The notes: generated by a model not told the origin, from the letters alone. A stretch of DNA of 64,000 nt from Alphaproteobacteria bacterium (GCA_017992885.1 JAGONT010000010.1:5488-69487); one strand, 5' to 3'. Shown: positions 38,959-48,563, counted from the first letter of the stretch. Made by a program: numbers and translations.

Positions 38959-41480
38959 AAAGGAACCTTTGCAATCATTTGAATCGCCTCTTTGAGGCTG
39001 AATCCTTGTTCAACTAGGCTTTGAACAGCTGTAAATTCATCAGCTTTGGTAGAGTAAAGAACCTTTGAGAAGTCATCGAGAAACAATCTTCCAACGGCAA
39101 AACCTTTTGGTCCCTTGATCATAATCTCTGCGTATTTGCCTTGTTCTGTATGAAGGGATCTGAGAGTTCGTTCCATGGCTGGATCCATAGAGAGACGTTT
39201 AGAGTTTTTGAGTAATTCTATGGATTCATCCTTTTGGGAGAGAAGACACATCCAGTCCGCATTATCAAAGGCTGCCTGAGCGCCGGGTGTTGCATAAAAG
39301 TCGTTAATGGACTGGGTCCCTACAACGAGACCCCCAAAGTACTTTCTGAGCCTTCTTGCCGCTGTTTCAATGAAGACACCTGATTGAGCGCCTCGCAGCA
39401 TATCCCAAGCTTCATCCAGAATAAGGCAACTCGGAGTTTTGCGATCTCCCATATAGATAGAGTTGGCAATTTGAAGAATCACCATTTGCACAATAACCGA
39501 TTGAAGATCTTTCCGTTCTTTCAGCTCCTCCATCTCAACGACAACCAAGCTGTCGGAAAGATCGATATTGGCTTGCCCGTTAAAAAATCGTCCATAGCTT
39601 CCCTTTTCTGTGTAGGGGTAAAGGCGTTCTCCAAGAGTTGTGGCTACAAGATCATGGTGCTTTAAGAGAAAATTGGCCACATCTGTAATAGTCGCCTTGT
39701 TTTGTTTTTTATGCCACGCATCTTGAAGGGCTTGCTCCAGATAAGTGTCTTCTAAATCGGTCGTGCCTTCTTTGGGAGCGGCCATGAGGGAGAGAATGGG
39801 TTTGAGCATAGCTAAACCATCAGATGCTGCTTCAGAGTCATTGGAAGGGATAGAGGAGAAAGGATTTATGCAAATGGGTGAATGGGTGCTAAACTCTACA
39901 AAGGTTCCCTTGAGAAGTTTGACTGTTTTTTCAAAGGATCGGCCCACATCCAAAACAAACACGCGTCCTCCCATACCGAGTATACTGGTCATCAATTCTT
40001 GCATAAAGACTGACTTTCCTGAGCCAGACCGGCCAACTACGCACGTGTTGTAATTCCCTTCATTATTATCAAAGGGCGACCAATAAAAGAGCTGTCCTCG
40101 CCTTCCTACCAACATCATGCCTGGGGATTTTGTGCCTTGCCATTCTCCTTGCAAAGGCATGAGATTAGAAGGTTCATGACTGAGGGTCGTTTTTGTTTTT
40201 TGAAAGGTTCGGCTATCTTCAACCGCTCCTTCTCCCCAAGTCATGGGAAGACAACTTAAGAATCCTGGAAGCTGAAGGTATTTATCCAACACCAGCTCCC
40301 ACCTTTGGGAACGGTAAAGATTGAAAAGAGTTTGTTCTTCTCGAGACATGTGATCAGGATGGGATAACAATCCGACCTGAAAACGGGTCCGTACCAGTCT
40401 TTGTCCTTCTTCAAATTTCTCTCGTACATAGGTCCACTCTTCCGCTTCTTTTCGGAGAGAGGGGACATATTTTGCAATGGGGCTTACCGCTTGTTTTTCT
40501 ACGTTGCCACATTTGGCCAGCATCTTGGTTTTAAGAGTCTTCTCATTGCAAATATGAACCCCATAGGCAAGAAAAAACCCGCCCTGAAGGCGCAGGAATT
40601 CTTCAAAAGGATCCCCAATAAGATTTCCCATGGCACCTAAGTGCCAAAGAGGAGGCAAGAGGCGTGTTGTGTAAAGACGGAGCACTTTCTCATCTTCTCC
40701 AAAGATCAATTGGGAGGGCTCTATCTTAAGGCGCGTTGCTGGGTTCATGAGTTGAGGGGAGAGAGACTCATGAGGATTCCAGAGGGACTCATGGGTTCCA
40801 AGAAGTCTTTCAGTTGGGTTCAAGAGTTCATCCAAACCCAATAGCAAATCTTCTGCTTGCCAAACTTTAACAGGCAAACCCCATCCCTTCAGGGTTGTGA
40901 CTAGTTGTTCCCGTAAAGCTAGCATCTCCTCAAAGGATTTAAAGGTCGTATGGGGCTCACTATACGAAATCAACAAGCGAAAGGTCCGGATGGCTGACCT
41001 GCTTCTCAAATCTGAGCACCGTTCTTTAGCCAGCTCCTTTAAAACATCAGACCGATCGCTAAGAACCAGATCACATCTTGCTTTTTCCCATGTCTTAAGC
41101 CAGGGATCGATATGGGGACTCGCAATGAGTAAACACTGGAGGTTCGACCCTAATGGCAAGGCATGTTGGAAGAGACCTGTCAGTTGGCGCGGAATCTCTT
41201 CTCCACATCCTACCAAAGGAAGAGTTTCAAGAACAAATCCAACGCTGACACGATTCAAGAAAAGCTGAGTTTCTGGATCAAAACTGCGGTAAGGCAACAG
41301 CTCACTCAAAGAATGAGGGAATAGAAACTCGTTCGCCAGTTTGAGCGTTGAAGAACGGGACCCATAACAGTGTTCATCTCTGCCTAAGGCAGTATCCAGT
41401 GTTCTGTTCCACGGGTCTGTCGCCCGAGAGCCTGCCCCCGGCTTGATCGGGGGACAAGGTTCAGATGAAGATTGGGACAT
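38955..41480 (-). CDS. traC: TraC (VirB4-family ATPase)
   Basis: Walker A GRSGSGKS, Walker B CLILDEAWD, 841 aa. Confidence 0.9.
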   Translation of the reverse strand: MSQSSSEPCPPIKPGAGSRATDPWNRTLDTALGRDEHCYGSRSSTLKLANEFLFPHSLSELLPYRSFDPETQLFLNRVSVGFVLETLPLVGCGEEIPRQLTGLFQHALPLGSNLQCLLIASPHIDPWLKTWEKARCDLVLSDRSDVLKELAKERCSDLRSRSAIRTFRLLISYSEPHTTFKSFEEMLALREQLVTTLKGWGLPVKVWQAEDLLLGLDELLNPTERLLGTHESLWNPHESLSPQLMNPATRLKIEPSQLIFGEDEKVLRLYTTRLLPPLWHLGAMGNLIGDPFEEFLRLQGGFFLAYGVHICNEKTLKTKMLAKCGNVEKQAVSPIAKYVPSLRKEAEEWTYVREKFEEGQRLVRTRFQVGLLSHPDHMSREEQTLFNLYRSQRWELVLDKYLQLPGFLSCLPMTWGEGAVEDSRTFQKTKTTLSHEPSNLMPLQGEWQGTKSPGMMLVGRRGQLFYWSPFDNNEGNYNTCVVGRSGSGKSVFMQELMTSILGMGGRVFVLDVGRSFEKTVKLLKGTFVEFSTHSPICINPFSSIPSNDSEAASDGLAMLKPILSLMAAPKEGTTDLEDTYLEQALQDAWHKKQNKATITDVANFLLKHHDLVATTLGERLYPYTEKGSYGRFFNGQANIDLSDSLVVVEMEELKERKDLQSVIVQMVILQIANSIYMGDRKTPSCLILDEAWDMLRGAQSGVFIETAARRLRKYFGGLVVGTQSINDFYATPGAQAAFDNADWMCLLSQKDESIELLKNSKRLSMDPAMERTLRSLHTEQGKYAEIMIKGPKGFAVGRLFLDDFSKVLYSTKADEFTAVQSLVEQGFSLKEAIQMIAKVPL

Positions 41481-41853
41481 CTAGCACCTTCACTTTTTTC
41501 TTTTCTTTTTGATCAATGTTAATCGACGGGGAGTACCAAATCTGTGATGTCTCCAGATACTCAGGCGTTATCTGTTGATCTCGGTTGGCCTCACACTGTT
41601 CACAATGGGTTTGAGGAAGATCGGGGAGAGATCTTGTCGGAAGATCTCCGTGGTCAACCATTTGGTTAACATCTGAAATGGATTTACAACCCACGCCTTT
41701 TCCAGGAGGACATTCAAAGCCTCCTTCATAAATCCCCATACAGCCGGAAAGGCACAGCGCTGCTGTGCCAGTTATCAGTAATCGGTAATCAGTAATCAGA
41801 TGAATCACTGAAGCACCCGAATTCTTTTTGGTTTTTGTTGAAATTTGAAGCAT
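41461..41853 (-). CDS. traV: TraV lipoprotein
   Basis: Lipobox LSGC followed by GGFECPPGKGVGCKS; synteny traB-traV-traC. Confidence 0.7.
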   Translation of the reverse strand: MLQISTKTKKNSGASVIHLITDYRLLITGTAALCLSGCMGIYEGGFECPPGKGVGCKSISDVNQMVDHGDLPTRSLPDLPQTHCEQCEANRDQQITPEYLETSQIWYSPSINIDQKEKKKVKVLDVPIFI

Positions 41854-41867
41854 TTGTTTTTCCTTTC

Positions 41868-43217
41868 TTATTTCTGATGACTGATTTCTGACGACTGATG
41901 ACTGTCCCTTTGTTCTTCAATTTGCTCTTTCACATCTTGGCTTCCAATGAAGGTGCCTTCCGTAAATACAATATCAACCACTTGGCCGGCTGCAATTTGA
42001 ATGACGGGTTGGAGCTGTTCAGCTCGATCGATGTAATATTGAGAGAGACGATCAAGGGCTGTTGTGGCACCGGAGGCCATACCAGCCGTAAACATATCGC
42101 CGATGTTGGGAGGAGACGGTTGTTTACCCCCTAGTGCAAAGGGATTGACTTGTGCTTGTCTATTTTGAGGGTTTGCCACATTACTGAGGCCTGCAAAAAT
42201 CCCACCTACCAAGCTTCGGGCTAAGAACTGACCATCTTTGGAGGCTACAACTCCTCTGACACCTGCTTTGCCATCAGATCCTGCAATATAGCCTGCGACT
42301 TGGGTTTCAATGATCTCTCCTGTCGTGCGCTCAATACAAGTGAGTTTCTCTAGGCGAGCATAAACTCGTTCGGAGGAAAGATCACCATAGGCACTGGCTG
42401 TGCAATGACAGTCTTTTAAGTCACTTTGGAACCGCCTTGGGAGTGTTCCTGGATCAATGAGTCTCAGCAGCATTGGCCGAGGGTCAGAAGAGGCTGTCAT
42501 GGAAGATGAAGCGTCCAGTCCTGACAGCAAAACCGTCTTCGCAAAAGCGCCTGCAGGAATGGTTGTTTTAACTGTCTTAGGAAGCTTATGTTTCAGATTT
42601 TCCGAAAGGCTTAAAGAGACTTTTTGAATCAGGCTTCCATTCTCTTCTCCTTGCCCGCCTTGAGGATACATGGGCTGAACGGGGAGCCCATTGTTTCTGC
42701 TCATGGCCACTTGCTCTTCTAAATGAGCAATTTTGTTTTGCAGTTCCTGGTTGAATTGATCTTTGGAAAGGGATGGATCTAATGGTTGAGCGTCACCTTC
42801 TTCATTCATGGGTTGAAGAAAACCATCTTGATGAGACCCCTCTCGAGGGGGAGACTCCTCTCGTTTTATTCCCTCTAAAACCAGGGATTCAAGACCCGTG
42901 AATTTATCAGAAAGTTGTTTAAGCGTATCTTCAATCTTATTGCGAAAGACCTCATCCATATTCACTTTTTTAGTAGCCGTTTCGATGGAAATAGGGGTGA
43001 CCTTAAACGCCTCTTCTTGTTTAGAAAGAGGAGTTTTCTCAAATAAAAAGGTCCCAATTCCATAGGAAAAAGCAACAATGATCAATCCTCCACATCCCAG
43101 CCAAAAGAACTGTAATCTCCGAACGTTTTGTGGGGATTCGGGATGGAAGAAATTTGTCCCTATACCGTGCGGAATCCAGGAAGAAATTCGCTCTTTAATT
43201 TGCTCGCGCCACAACAT
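41868..43217 (-). CDS. traB: TraB (VirB10-like)
   Basis: N-terminal TM, low-complexity linker, conserved C-terminal beta-rich domain; synteny. Confidence 0.75.
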   Translation of the reverse strand: MLWREQIKERISSWIPHGIGTNFFHPESPQNVRRLQFFWLGCGGLIIVAFSYGIGTFLFEKTPLSKQEEAFKVTPISIETATKKVNMDEVFRNKIEDTLKQLSDKFTGLESLVLEGIKREESPPREGSHQDGFLQPMNEEGDAQPLDPSLSKDQFNQELQNKIAHLEEQVAMSRNNGLPVQPMYPQGGQGEENGSLIQKVSLSLSENLKHKLPKTVKTTIPAGAFAKTVLLSGLDASSSMTASSDPRPMLLRLIDPGTLPRRFQSDLKDCHCTASAYGDLSSERVYARLEKLTCIERTTGEIIETQVAGYIAGSDGKAGVRGVVASKDGQFLARSLVGGIFAGLSNVANPQNRQAQVNPFALGGKQPSPPNIGDMFTAGMASGATTALDRLSQYYIDRAEQLQPVIQIAAGQVVDIVFTEGTFIGSQDVKEQIEEQRDSHQSSEISHQK

Positions 43218-43914
43218 AGATATCTGTTCCTTCTCCTGGGGTTAAAGCTCTTTTGGAAATCAAAAGAGCAATAAGGGTATTTTCTTTGAAAGAAAAACTT
43301 TCTGCGAGCTTTGGTTCAGATAAAACCAATAGGTTTTGGCTGTTGTTTTGAATCCGATAAGTGAGGCCTCGTAACTTCTGTCCTTGAATTTCTCGAACGA
43401 GCAAGTGAGGCTCTTGAAGAGTACTGAGGTTTAAAGGAATTTCCTTGTATCCCAACGGAATACGTCCGATCCGACAGGCATGAATAAGTTCCTCAACTTC
43501 CTCAAGAAAGAGAGGAGCAGAAGCTTGCCTTTCTTTTTTAATCTCTTGGGCAATGTCCGTATTCGATTTGAAAATAAGCGCTTCTGGCGCTTGATTCTTT
43601 GGGATAAGACGTAGATCCTGCGTATGACCTGCTTCAGTGGTGAGGGTGAGGCTAATAGATTTGGAAGATTTTATGTTTTCCATCTCTAAAAGAGTAGGGC
43701 GGATAAAAATCTGGCCTTGATACTCATCGGTCTCGAGAACATATTCCCCCGCATTACCAAACACATGGAGAATCCGGTCGTCTTGTACTTTAATGCGCGT
43801 AAGTCCGTCTTGTGAGACTGGGACTTCAAGGACCTTCATCTCATCAAGGGGTCTTATAATGGCCGCATTGGCTGCTGTTCCTGCTAACAAAAACATAAGA
43901 AATCTACTGATCAT
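43195..43914 (-). CDS. traK: TraK (VirB9-like)
   Basis: Signal peptide, about 240 aa, synteny traE-traK-traB. Confidence 0.65.
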   Translation of the reverse strand: MISRFLMFLLAGTAANAAIIRPLDEMKVLEVPVSQDGLTRIKVQDDRILHVFGNAGEYVLETDEYQGQIFIRPTLLEMENIKSSKSISLTLTTEAGHTQDLRLIPKNQAPEALIFKSNTDIAQEIKKERQASAPLFLEEVEELIHACRIGRIPLGYKEIPLNLSTLQEPHLLVREIQGQKLRGLTYRIQNNSQNLLVLSEPKLAESFSFKENTLIALLISKRALTPGEGTDIYVVARAN

Positions 43915-44464
43915 GAGATATTCCTCCTGTAACTTTTTCTAAAAGAAGTCCTGCCCCACGCAGGCCAAATCGCAAAGAAACCATCTCTGGAAGTGAGCTC
44001 ATCTCTTTGCCTGCCACATAGCTGGTGAGAGTACCCTTCACATCGACGTGGAGCTTGCTTGGATTGGCGCTGACTTCGCTTGGTTTAAAATGGGTGGAAA
44101 GTTGAAGTTTTGTGTATTGTTCTCCGTCGTCCATGAGCTGCTTTTTTAAAGCGCCATAGGATTCAGGCGTGGCATATTTTAAAAGAGTTTCATGATTGTA
44201 AGCAAAGCTTGTAGGGGAAAGATCCAGAAGAAGCTTTGAGACATAAATCCCCATTTCTTCTAGGTATTCTTTTGAAACCGTTCCTCCCTCCACCCACAGG
44301 GTTTTGGTAATATGGGGCGGAACCAAAATGATGCGCTCACTTTTAATAAACAGAGCCGTGCTTAAGAGAACAGTACTCATGGCCATAAGAGTTGATATTC
44401 CTATCCACGCATTGCGTTGGGAAATAAGCTTCAGGATATTATGATGGAGAAACTCTGCTTTCAT
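43904..44464 (-). CDS. traE: TraE
   Basis: Start placed at the internal Met (MKAEFLHH), giving an ATGA overlap with the traL stop. Single N-terminal TM. Synteny. Confidence 0.6.
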   Translation of the reverse strand: MKAEFLHHNILKLISQRNAWIGISTLMAMSTVLLSTALFIKSERIILVPPHITKTLWVEGGTVSKEYLEEMGIYVSKLLLDLSPTSFAYNHETLLKYATPESYGALKKQLMDDGEQYTKLQLSTHFKPSEVSANPSKLHVDVKGTLTSYVAGKEMSSLPEMVSLRFGLRGAGLLLEKVTGGISHDQ

Positions 44465-44751
44465 CCGATCATCTCCCGAATGTGAGAAGGCACGGGCAGT
44501 TTCATGGACTTCCTTGGCATTGGAAAGTGCCAATAAAGGGCATGAATCAAGGTTGATCCTTCGTTTTGTTTTTTGATGGTTCTTAACCCTGAAAGGGCCC
44601 CAATCCCCACAATAAGGCCGGAGATAATCCAACCCATAAATAATCCCCCAAAGAGAGGGATGATGACGATCAAAGCTTCATCCTTGTTGATCCCTAAGAA
44701 CCGTAAGGGTTTATCCAAGCGGTTCAGAAGGAAATTTTCACTGATATCCAT
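44461..44751 (-). CDS. traL: TraL
   Basis: 96 aa, one TM (IIPLFGGLFMGWIISGLIVGIGA), immediately downstream of the pilin gene. Confidence 0.55.
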   Translation of the reverse strand: MDISENFLLNRLDKPLRFLGINKDEALIVIIPLFGGLFMGWIISGLIVGIGALSGLRTIKKQNEGSTLIHALYWHFPMPRKSMKLPVPSHIREMIG

Positions 44752-44760
44752 AGCCCCTCC

Positions 44761-45096
44761 TCACGCACAAATGGCATAGGTCGTGTTGATCCACACTTTC
44801 GCAAAGCCAAAGCTAATGGTTGTGAGGATTGCAATCACGAAGGGCGTAGGCGTTGATTTCATAAAGGCAAGGGCTGCACTTGCAAGGCAACCGGCAATGA
44901 GCGTAATGGGTACAAGGCTGTTATTGATAATCCCCACAAGGTTTGCTGTGCTTTGGTTAAATCCAGCATCGGCCGTGTTGGCAACACCAAAGGCTTCAGG
45001 TGTAAACAACAGACAGGCAAAGGTGAAGAAGCACAGTGCCTTGATTTGCTCTGTGTACACAGAGTTGTTTTTAGATAAGTTTTGTAAAGTATGCAT
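44761..45096 (-). CDS. traA: F-type propilin TraA
   Basis: Long leader ending in AFG, mature part of about 74 aa with two hydrophobic helices; first gene of the traA-L-E-K-B-V-C block. Confidence 0.5.
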   Translation of the reverse strand: MHTLQNLSKNNSVYTEQIKALCFFTFACLLFTPEAFGVANTADAGFNQSTANLVGIINNSLVPITLIAGCLASAALAFMKSTPTPFVIAILTTISFGFAKVWINTTYAICA

Positions 45097-45123
45097 CTTG
45101 GATTCTCCTTTTGTTGATGAATG

Positions 45124-45645
45124 TTAGTAAGAAATGGGTTGATTTTCCTCTTGTACAATCTCAAGAGGGATGTCTGTGCTCTCATCTTCCGGCTCAGAAA
45201 TGCACACACCCTCTGAGGAAGCAGATTTAGGCTGAAGCTTCTCCTGAACATTTAGATCTGCGTTCGAATTCAGATTTGAAGGCAAAGAGACATTGTTGTT
45301 AGAAGTTGAAGAACGTAAACACTCAACTCTCCCATCTCTTCCAGCAATAACCACATGGGGAGTAAACCGTTTCTGGCCATACTTATCGATCCAATGGTGG
45401 TAGGAGAGTTTGCCCTCCACATAGACTGGGTCACCTCGTCTCAAAACATCCTTTATCCACCTGATTGTGGATTCACGAAAGACTGTGATGTGGTGCCAAT
45501 CGGTTGCTGATTGCCATTCGCCCATTTTATCTTTCCACGAGTGGGTAGTAGCCAAGGAAAAAGTAACAATTTCTTTTCCCTCTTGAGTGAGACAAATCTT
45601 TGGATCACGACCAATGTTTCCTTTTAAAAACACTCTATTGAGCAT
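45124..45645 (-). CDS. ssb: Single-stranded DNA-binding protein
   Basis: OB-fold block NRVFLKGNIGRDP...TDWHHITVF...GDPVYVEGKLSY and an acidic C-terminal tail. The internal Met start at 45645 is preferred. Confidence 0.85.
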   Translation of the reverse strand: MLNRVFLKGNIGRDPKICLTQEGKEIVTFSLATTHSWKDKMGEWQSATDWHHITVFRESTIRWIKDVLRRGDPVYVEGKLSYHHWIDKYGQKRFTPHVVIAGRDGRVECLRSSTSNNNVSLPSNLNSNADLNVQEKLQPKSASSEGVCISEPEDESTDIPLEIVQEENQPISY

Positions 45646-47242
45646 GAGCAAACCCTCCTTCTTGTTGGATGAGTTTTGTTGGTAAAGGATGAAAATGAGT
45701 TGCCTCACGTTGAAGAGACAGGTCTTCCTCAACTAATCGTGTTCTCACTGTGCGGGCATGAGGAAAATTCCTTTGGACAATAGGCAAGATCTTTAATTTT
45801 AAGTCTTCAATACGGGAAAGAACTTTTGGATCTGAACTTCCAATCCAGACGAGCCGATTACCTTCAACCTCCAAAAATCTGGCATGAGCAATTTCTTTCA
45901 GCTCCCACAAAGATACAGAGTCTCGTGATTCAATTGATAAATCCAATTGGGAGCACCATTTTTTCCAAACTGGATCTTCGATGGAGCCGAGAATGGTGCT
46001 TATTTCCTTTTCTCTGTCTGCCTTGTGCTGATCTGCTTGTTTTTGGTCAAAGCCTTCAGGATCATCGAAGTTTCCCTCTAGAACCTTGAGGAGATTTTCC
46101 TCACACAAGACCCAATCCAGGCTCACACGCCATTTCCTGGGGCCATATCCCATCAAAAACGGTGAACTGCCCACACGCTCGCAAAACTGTTTCCACTGGC
46201 TTAAATCGTTCTGGAAATGAATGGAAAGAACGGATTGAAGCTTCTGATTCCGTTCCTCTGTGAGGTGGACCTCTTGATGCGTACAGGTTTTCCAAACTCC
46301 GAGAACTTCTTCAAAAAAAATTTTATCGAAATCCTCGCGCGCACGCGTTCTCTGCGTGTGTTCTTTGTTTGTAATCTTTGAAGTAGTCTCTGTATAAGTA
46401 TATGAAGGCAAGATTCTGGTCTTCGAAGACAAAATTTTGGTCTCCGAAGGTAAGACTTCTGCCTCCGAAGGCAAGTTTTCGGTCTTCGAAGATAAAATTC
46501 CTGCTTTCGAGATTTCCTCACTTTTTGGATGGGTCGTTAAAGGTAGATCAGGTGTATTTTCGCCCGATTGTAAGTTGCTTACATCCGAATCACAATGATC
46601 TGTAATCGAAGGTAATCTTCTTATATTCGATTGTACAGAAACAGAATTTTCAGCTAACTCTCTATTTTTTATGCTCGAAGCATTTTCATTCCAAGACACG
46701 GCTTGGAGATGCTTATGAGGGTGATTCTCTCCTAAAGCAGCGGAGAACGCTTTCAAATAAACACTGGGCAGATGACGACCAATGGCCATCAGATCTGCCT
46801 GAAGATTCCTAATATTGACACGGTATTGGGTTGTCTTATTCCATTTATCAAGAGAATTGATTCTTTCCTCAATCCACCCTTGATCAATCAGCAACTTTAA
46901 ATACTTCCGCATCGTTGTCTTGGAAATTCCAAGCAGGGTCTCTTCACTAAGATCAGGGGCTGTTTTATAAATCCACCCGTGACGAGAAGGTTCATGAGAC
47001 TCAGGATGAATGGAAGGGCTTTGAATATTAGATCCAAGAGCTTTCTCTTCCTTCAAAAAAAGGTCAAAATCCTTAACCCGTAAGGTCCAATACAAGAGTT
47101 GATTCAGTATAGCAGCGCTGAAATGATCTCCGGTAAGGTCCACAAATTCTTTTCGAATCACCGATACCTGTTCATCATCAGACTGAACGGTTATAGGGCT
47201 TTGAGAATACGCTCTCTCTATTTTCATATTGTAGGATGCCAT
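45635..47242 (-). CDS. Putative replication/replisome-organiser-like protein: wHTH N-terminal domain, heptad-repeat linker, phage-type conserved C-terminal domain
   Basis: The N-terminus is paralogous to 47224-47841 (LYW...DFDLF...HGW..KT...TTQYRVN). The C-terminal SPFLMGYGPRKWRVSLDWVLCEENLLKVLEGNFDD resembles the tail of phage DnaD/replisome-organiser proteins (from memory). Confidence 0.4.
   Translation of the reverse strand: MASYNMKIERAYSQSPITVQSDDEQVSVIRKEFVDLTGDHFSAAILNQLLYWTLRVKDFDLFLKEEKALGSNIQSPSIHPESHEPSRHGWIYKTAPDLSEETLLGISKTTMRKYLKLLIDQGWIEERINSLDKWNKTTQYRVNIRNLQADLMAIGRHLPSVYLKAFSAALGENHPHKHLQAVSWNENASSIKNRELAENSVSVQSNIRRLPSITDHCDSDVSNLQSGENTPDLPLTTHPKSEEISKAGILSSKTENLPSEAEVLPSETKILSSKTRILPSYTYTETTSKITNKEHTQRTRAREDFDKIFFEEVLGVWKTCTHQEVHLTEERNQKLQSVLSIHFQNDLSQWKQFCERVGSSPFLMGYGPRKWRVSLDWVLCEENLLKVLEGNFDDPEGFDQKQADQHKADREKEISTILGSIEDPVWKKWCSQLDLSIESRDSVSLWELKEIAHARFLEVEGNRLVWIGSSDPKVLSRIEDLKLKILPIVQRNFPHARTVRTRLVEEDLSLQREATHFHPLPTKLIQQEGGFAHAQ
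46404..46508. repeat. Five tandem imperfect 21-bp direct repeats (GAAGRYAARWTTYYGSYYYYC-like), inside the CDS
   Basis: Units at 46404, 46425, 46446, 46467 and 46488. They encode the 7-aa repeats ILSSKTE/NLPSEAE/VLPSETK/ILSSKTR/ILPSYTY on the minus strand. Confidence 0.85.
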
Positions 47243-47841
47243 TGCACACTCCTCCCTTTTGAAGAATCACTTTCTACGTCTGCGGCAGAGGAAGCTTCTT
47301 TAAGATTTTGTTCTTCACAAACGCTTTGTTTTAACTGGGGACAAACCCCATAGGCTGCAAAACCAGGAAGGCTATAGCCGTGCTCTTGAAGGTCATTGCA
47401 CAATTTCCTAAGATTTACCCGATATTGGGTTGTTCGATCCCCTCTGATCTGTGAATAGAGGCGAGTCTGAACCCATCCTCGATCTGTAAGATTGCTCAGA
47501 TAACGACGAAAGGTCGTAATGCTCATACAGAGCATGGTTTCTTTCAGGAATTCCTGGGTTGTTTTATGAAACCATCCATGCTGGAGAGGTCGATTCTTTA
47601 AAGAAACATCTCTCTCTTCCTCTATAAAAAGATCAAAGTCCGGTACTTTCTGGCTCCAATACAAGAACTGACCTAGAATGACCGCAGTGCGAGGATCACC
47701 CGTTAGGGTGATAAGCTCTTCTCGAATCATGATCCGCCGTAATTTTTTCTTTTTTGAGGAAAAGGTTTCAGGATTTATCACCGTCTTATCTGGGAGAGAA
47801 TCTCCCCCAGAAAAACGTTGAGAGAACAGGAGAATGCTCAT
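47224..47841 (-). CDS. wHTH-domain protein, paralog of the N-terminus of 45635-47242
   Basis: Shared blocks GDPRTAVILGQFLYWSQKVPDFDLF, HGWFHKT, TTQYRVNLRKL. Confidence 0.45.
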   Translation of the reverse strand: MSILLFSQRFSGGDSLPDKTVINPETFSSKKKKLRRIMIREELITLTGDPRTAVILGQFLYWSQKVPDFDLFIEEERDVSLKNRPLQHGWFHKTTQEFLKETMLCMSITTFRRYLSNLTDRGWVQTRLYSQIRGDRTTQYRVNLRKLCNDLQEHGYSLPGFAAYGVCPQLKQSVCEEQNLKEASSAADVESDSSKGRSVQWHPTI

Positions 47842-48368
47842 TCGCCCCTCCTATCCAACGATAAAATACCATGGAAGAAACCATCTCTGGATTCTTCCGG
47901 TAAGACCGTGTAGACGTATTCCCAAAGCTCTTGGCTTTTGGTTTTTAAGTATTCAACCTGACTTAAGGTAAGGAAGAGAAAATCAATTTGCTTGTCATTT
48001 CCAAAATCGTTAAAAACCTTCAGCAAATTGCTATAAAAATCTAAATAGGCTTCAAGAGTTCGCTTTCCGGAAAAAGGCCCTTCGTGTTCTTTGTAGTAAC
48101 CAATGATGCCTGTCCATACTTCATCCATATCGGGCTGGGCGGTTAATATCATTTGTTGAATGCCAAGTTCCAGATCCCATATACTTTTCTTCAGCAGGAG
48201 GGCTCCTCCGTAAACCCCATATTCATTGTCTGAGGCGATAATGAAAGTAGCGTTTTCTAACTCTTCCAGTGGAACAGAAAAGCCTTTGTAGACTTTGAGA
48301 AGGTTCAAAAATGAATCAATGCGTTTTTGATTGGCTCGATGATCTTTTGGTTCGATAATATTAAGCAT
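47838..48368 (-). CDS. Hypothetical protein, member of a two-copy family in this window (other copy 57529-58197)
   Basis: Shared blocks IEPKDH, NAT.I...DE...YGGA.LLK, D.DFL...L...EYL, G.FHG.LS; ATGA overlap with the downstream gene. Confidence 0.55.
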   Translation of the reverse strand: MLNIIEPKDHRANQKRIDSFLNLLKVYKGFSVPLEELENATFIIASDNEYGVYGGALLLKKSIWDLELGIQQMILTAQPDMDEVWTGIIGYYKEHEGPFSGKRTLEAYLDFYSNLLKVFNDFGNDKQIDFLFLTLSQVEYLKTKSQELWEYVYTVLPEESRDGFFHGILSLDRRGE

Positions 48369-48496
48369 AGATGCTCCTTATAGATTTGAACGTTTTCGCT
48401 CAAAACCCAACCAAGAGCCTTTAAGAAAGGTAGACGTTTAGATTGTTATTCGCTAAACTCCCTGACGTATAGGCCTTCACGGGTTCTGTACATGTG

Positions 48497-48548
48497 AGCA
48501 CCTGTGGTTGTCGGAAAAACTGTCACAGGTGCTTTTTTCTTTTTTTTT
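48497..48548 (+). terminator. Intrinsic-terminator-like hairpin plus T-tract on the plus strand, with no plus-strand ORF upstream
   Basis: AGCACCTGTG (48497-48506) pairs with CACAGGTGCT (48524-48533), 17-nt loop, followed by TTTTTTCTTTTTTTTT. Confidence 0.5.
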
Positions 48549-48563
48549 AATTTTCCCTTTAAA

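Noticed and set aside
46404-46508. Tandem 21-bp repeats considered as a CRISPR array
   Set aside because: The units are contiguous with no spacers, imperfect, only 21 bp long, and in frame within a CDS. This is not a CRISPR array.
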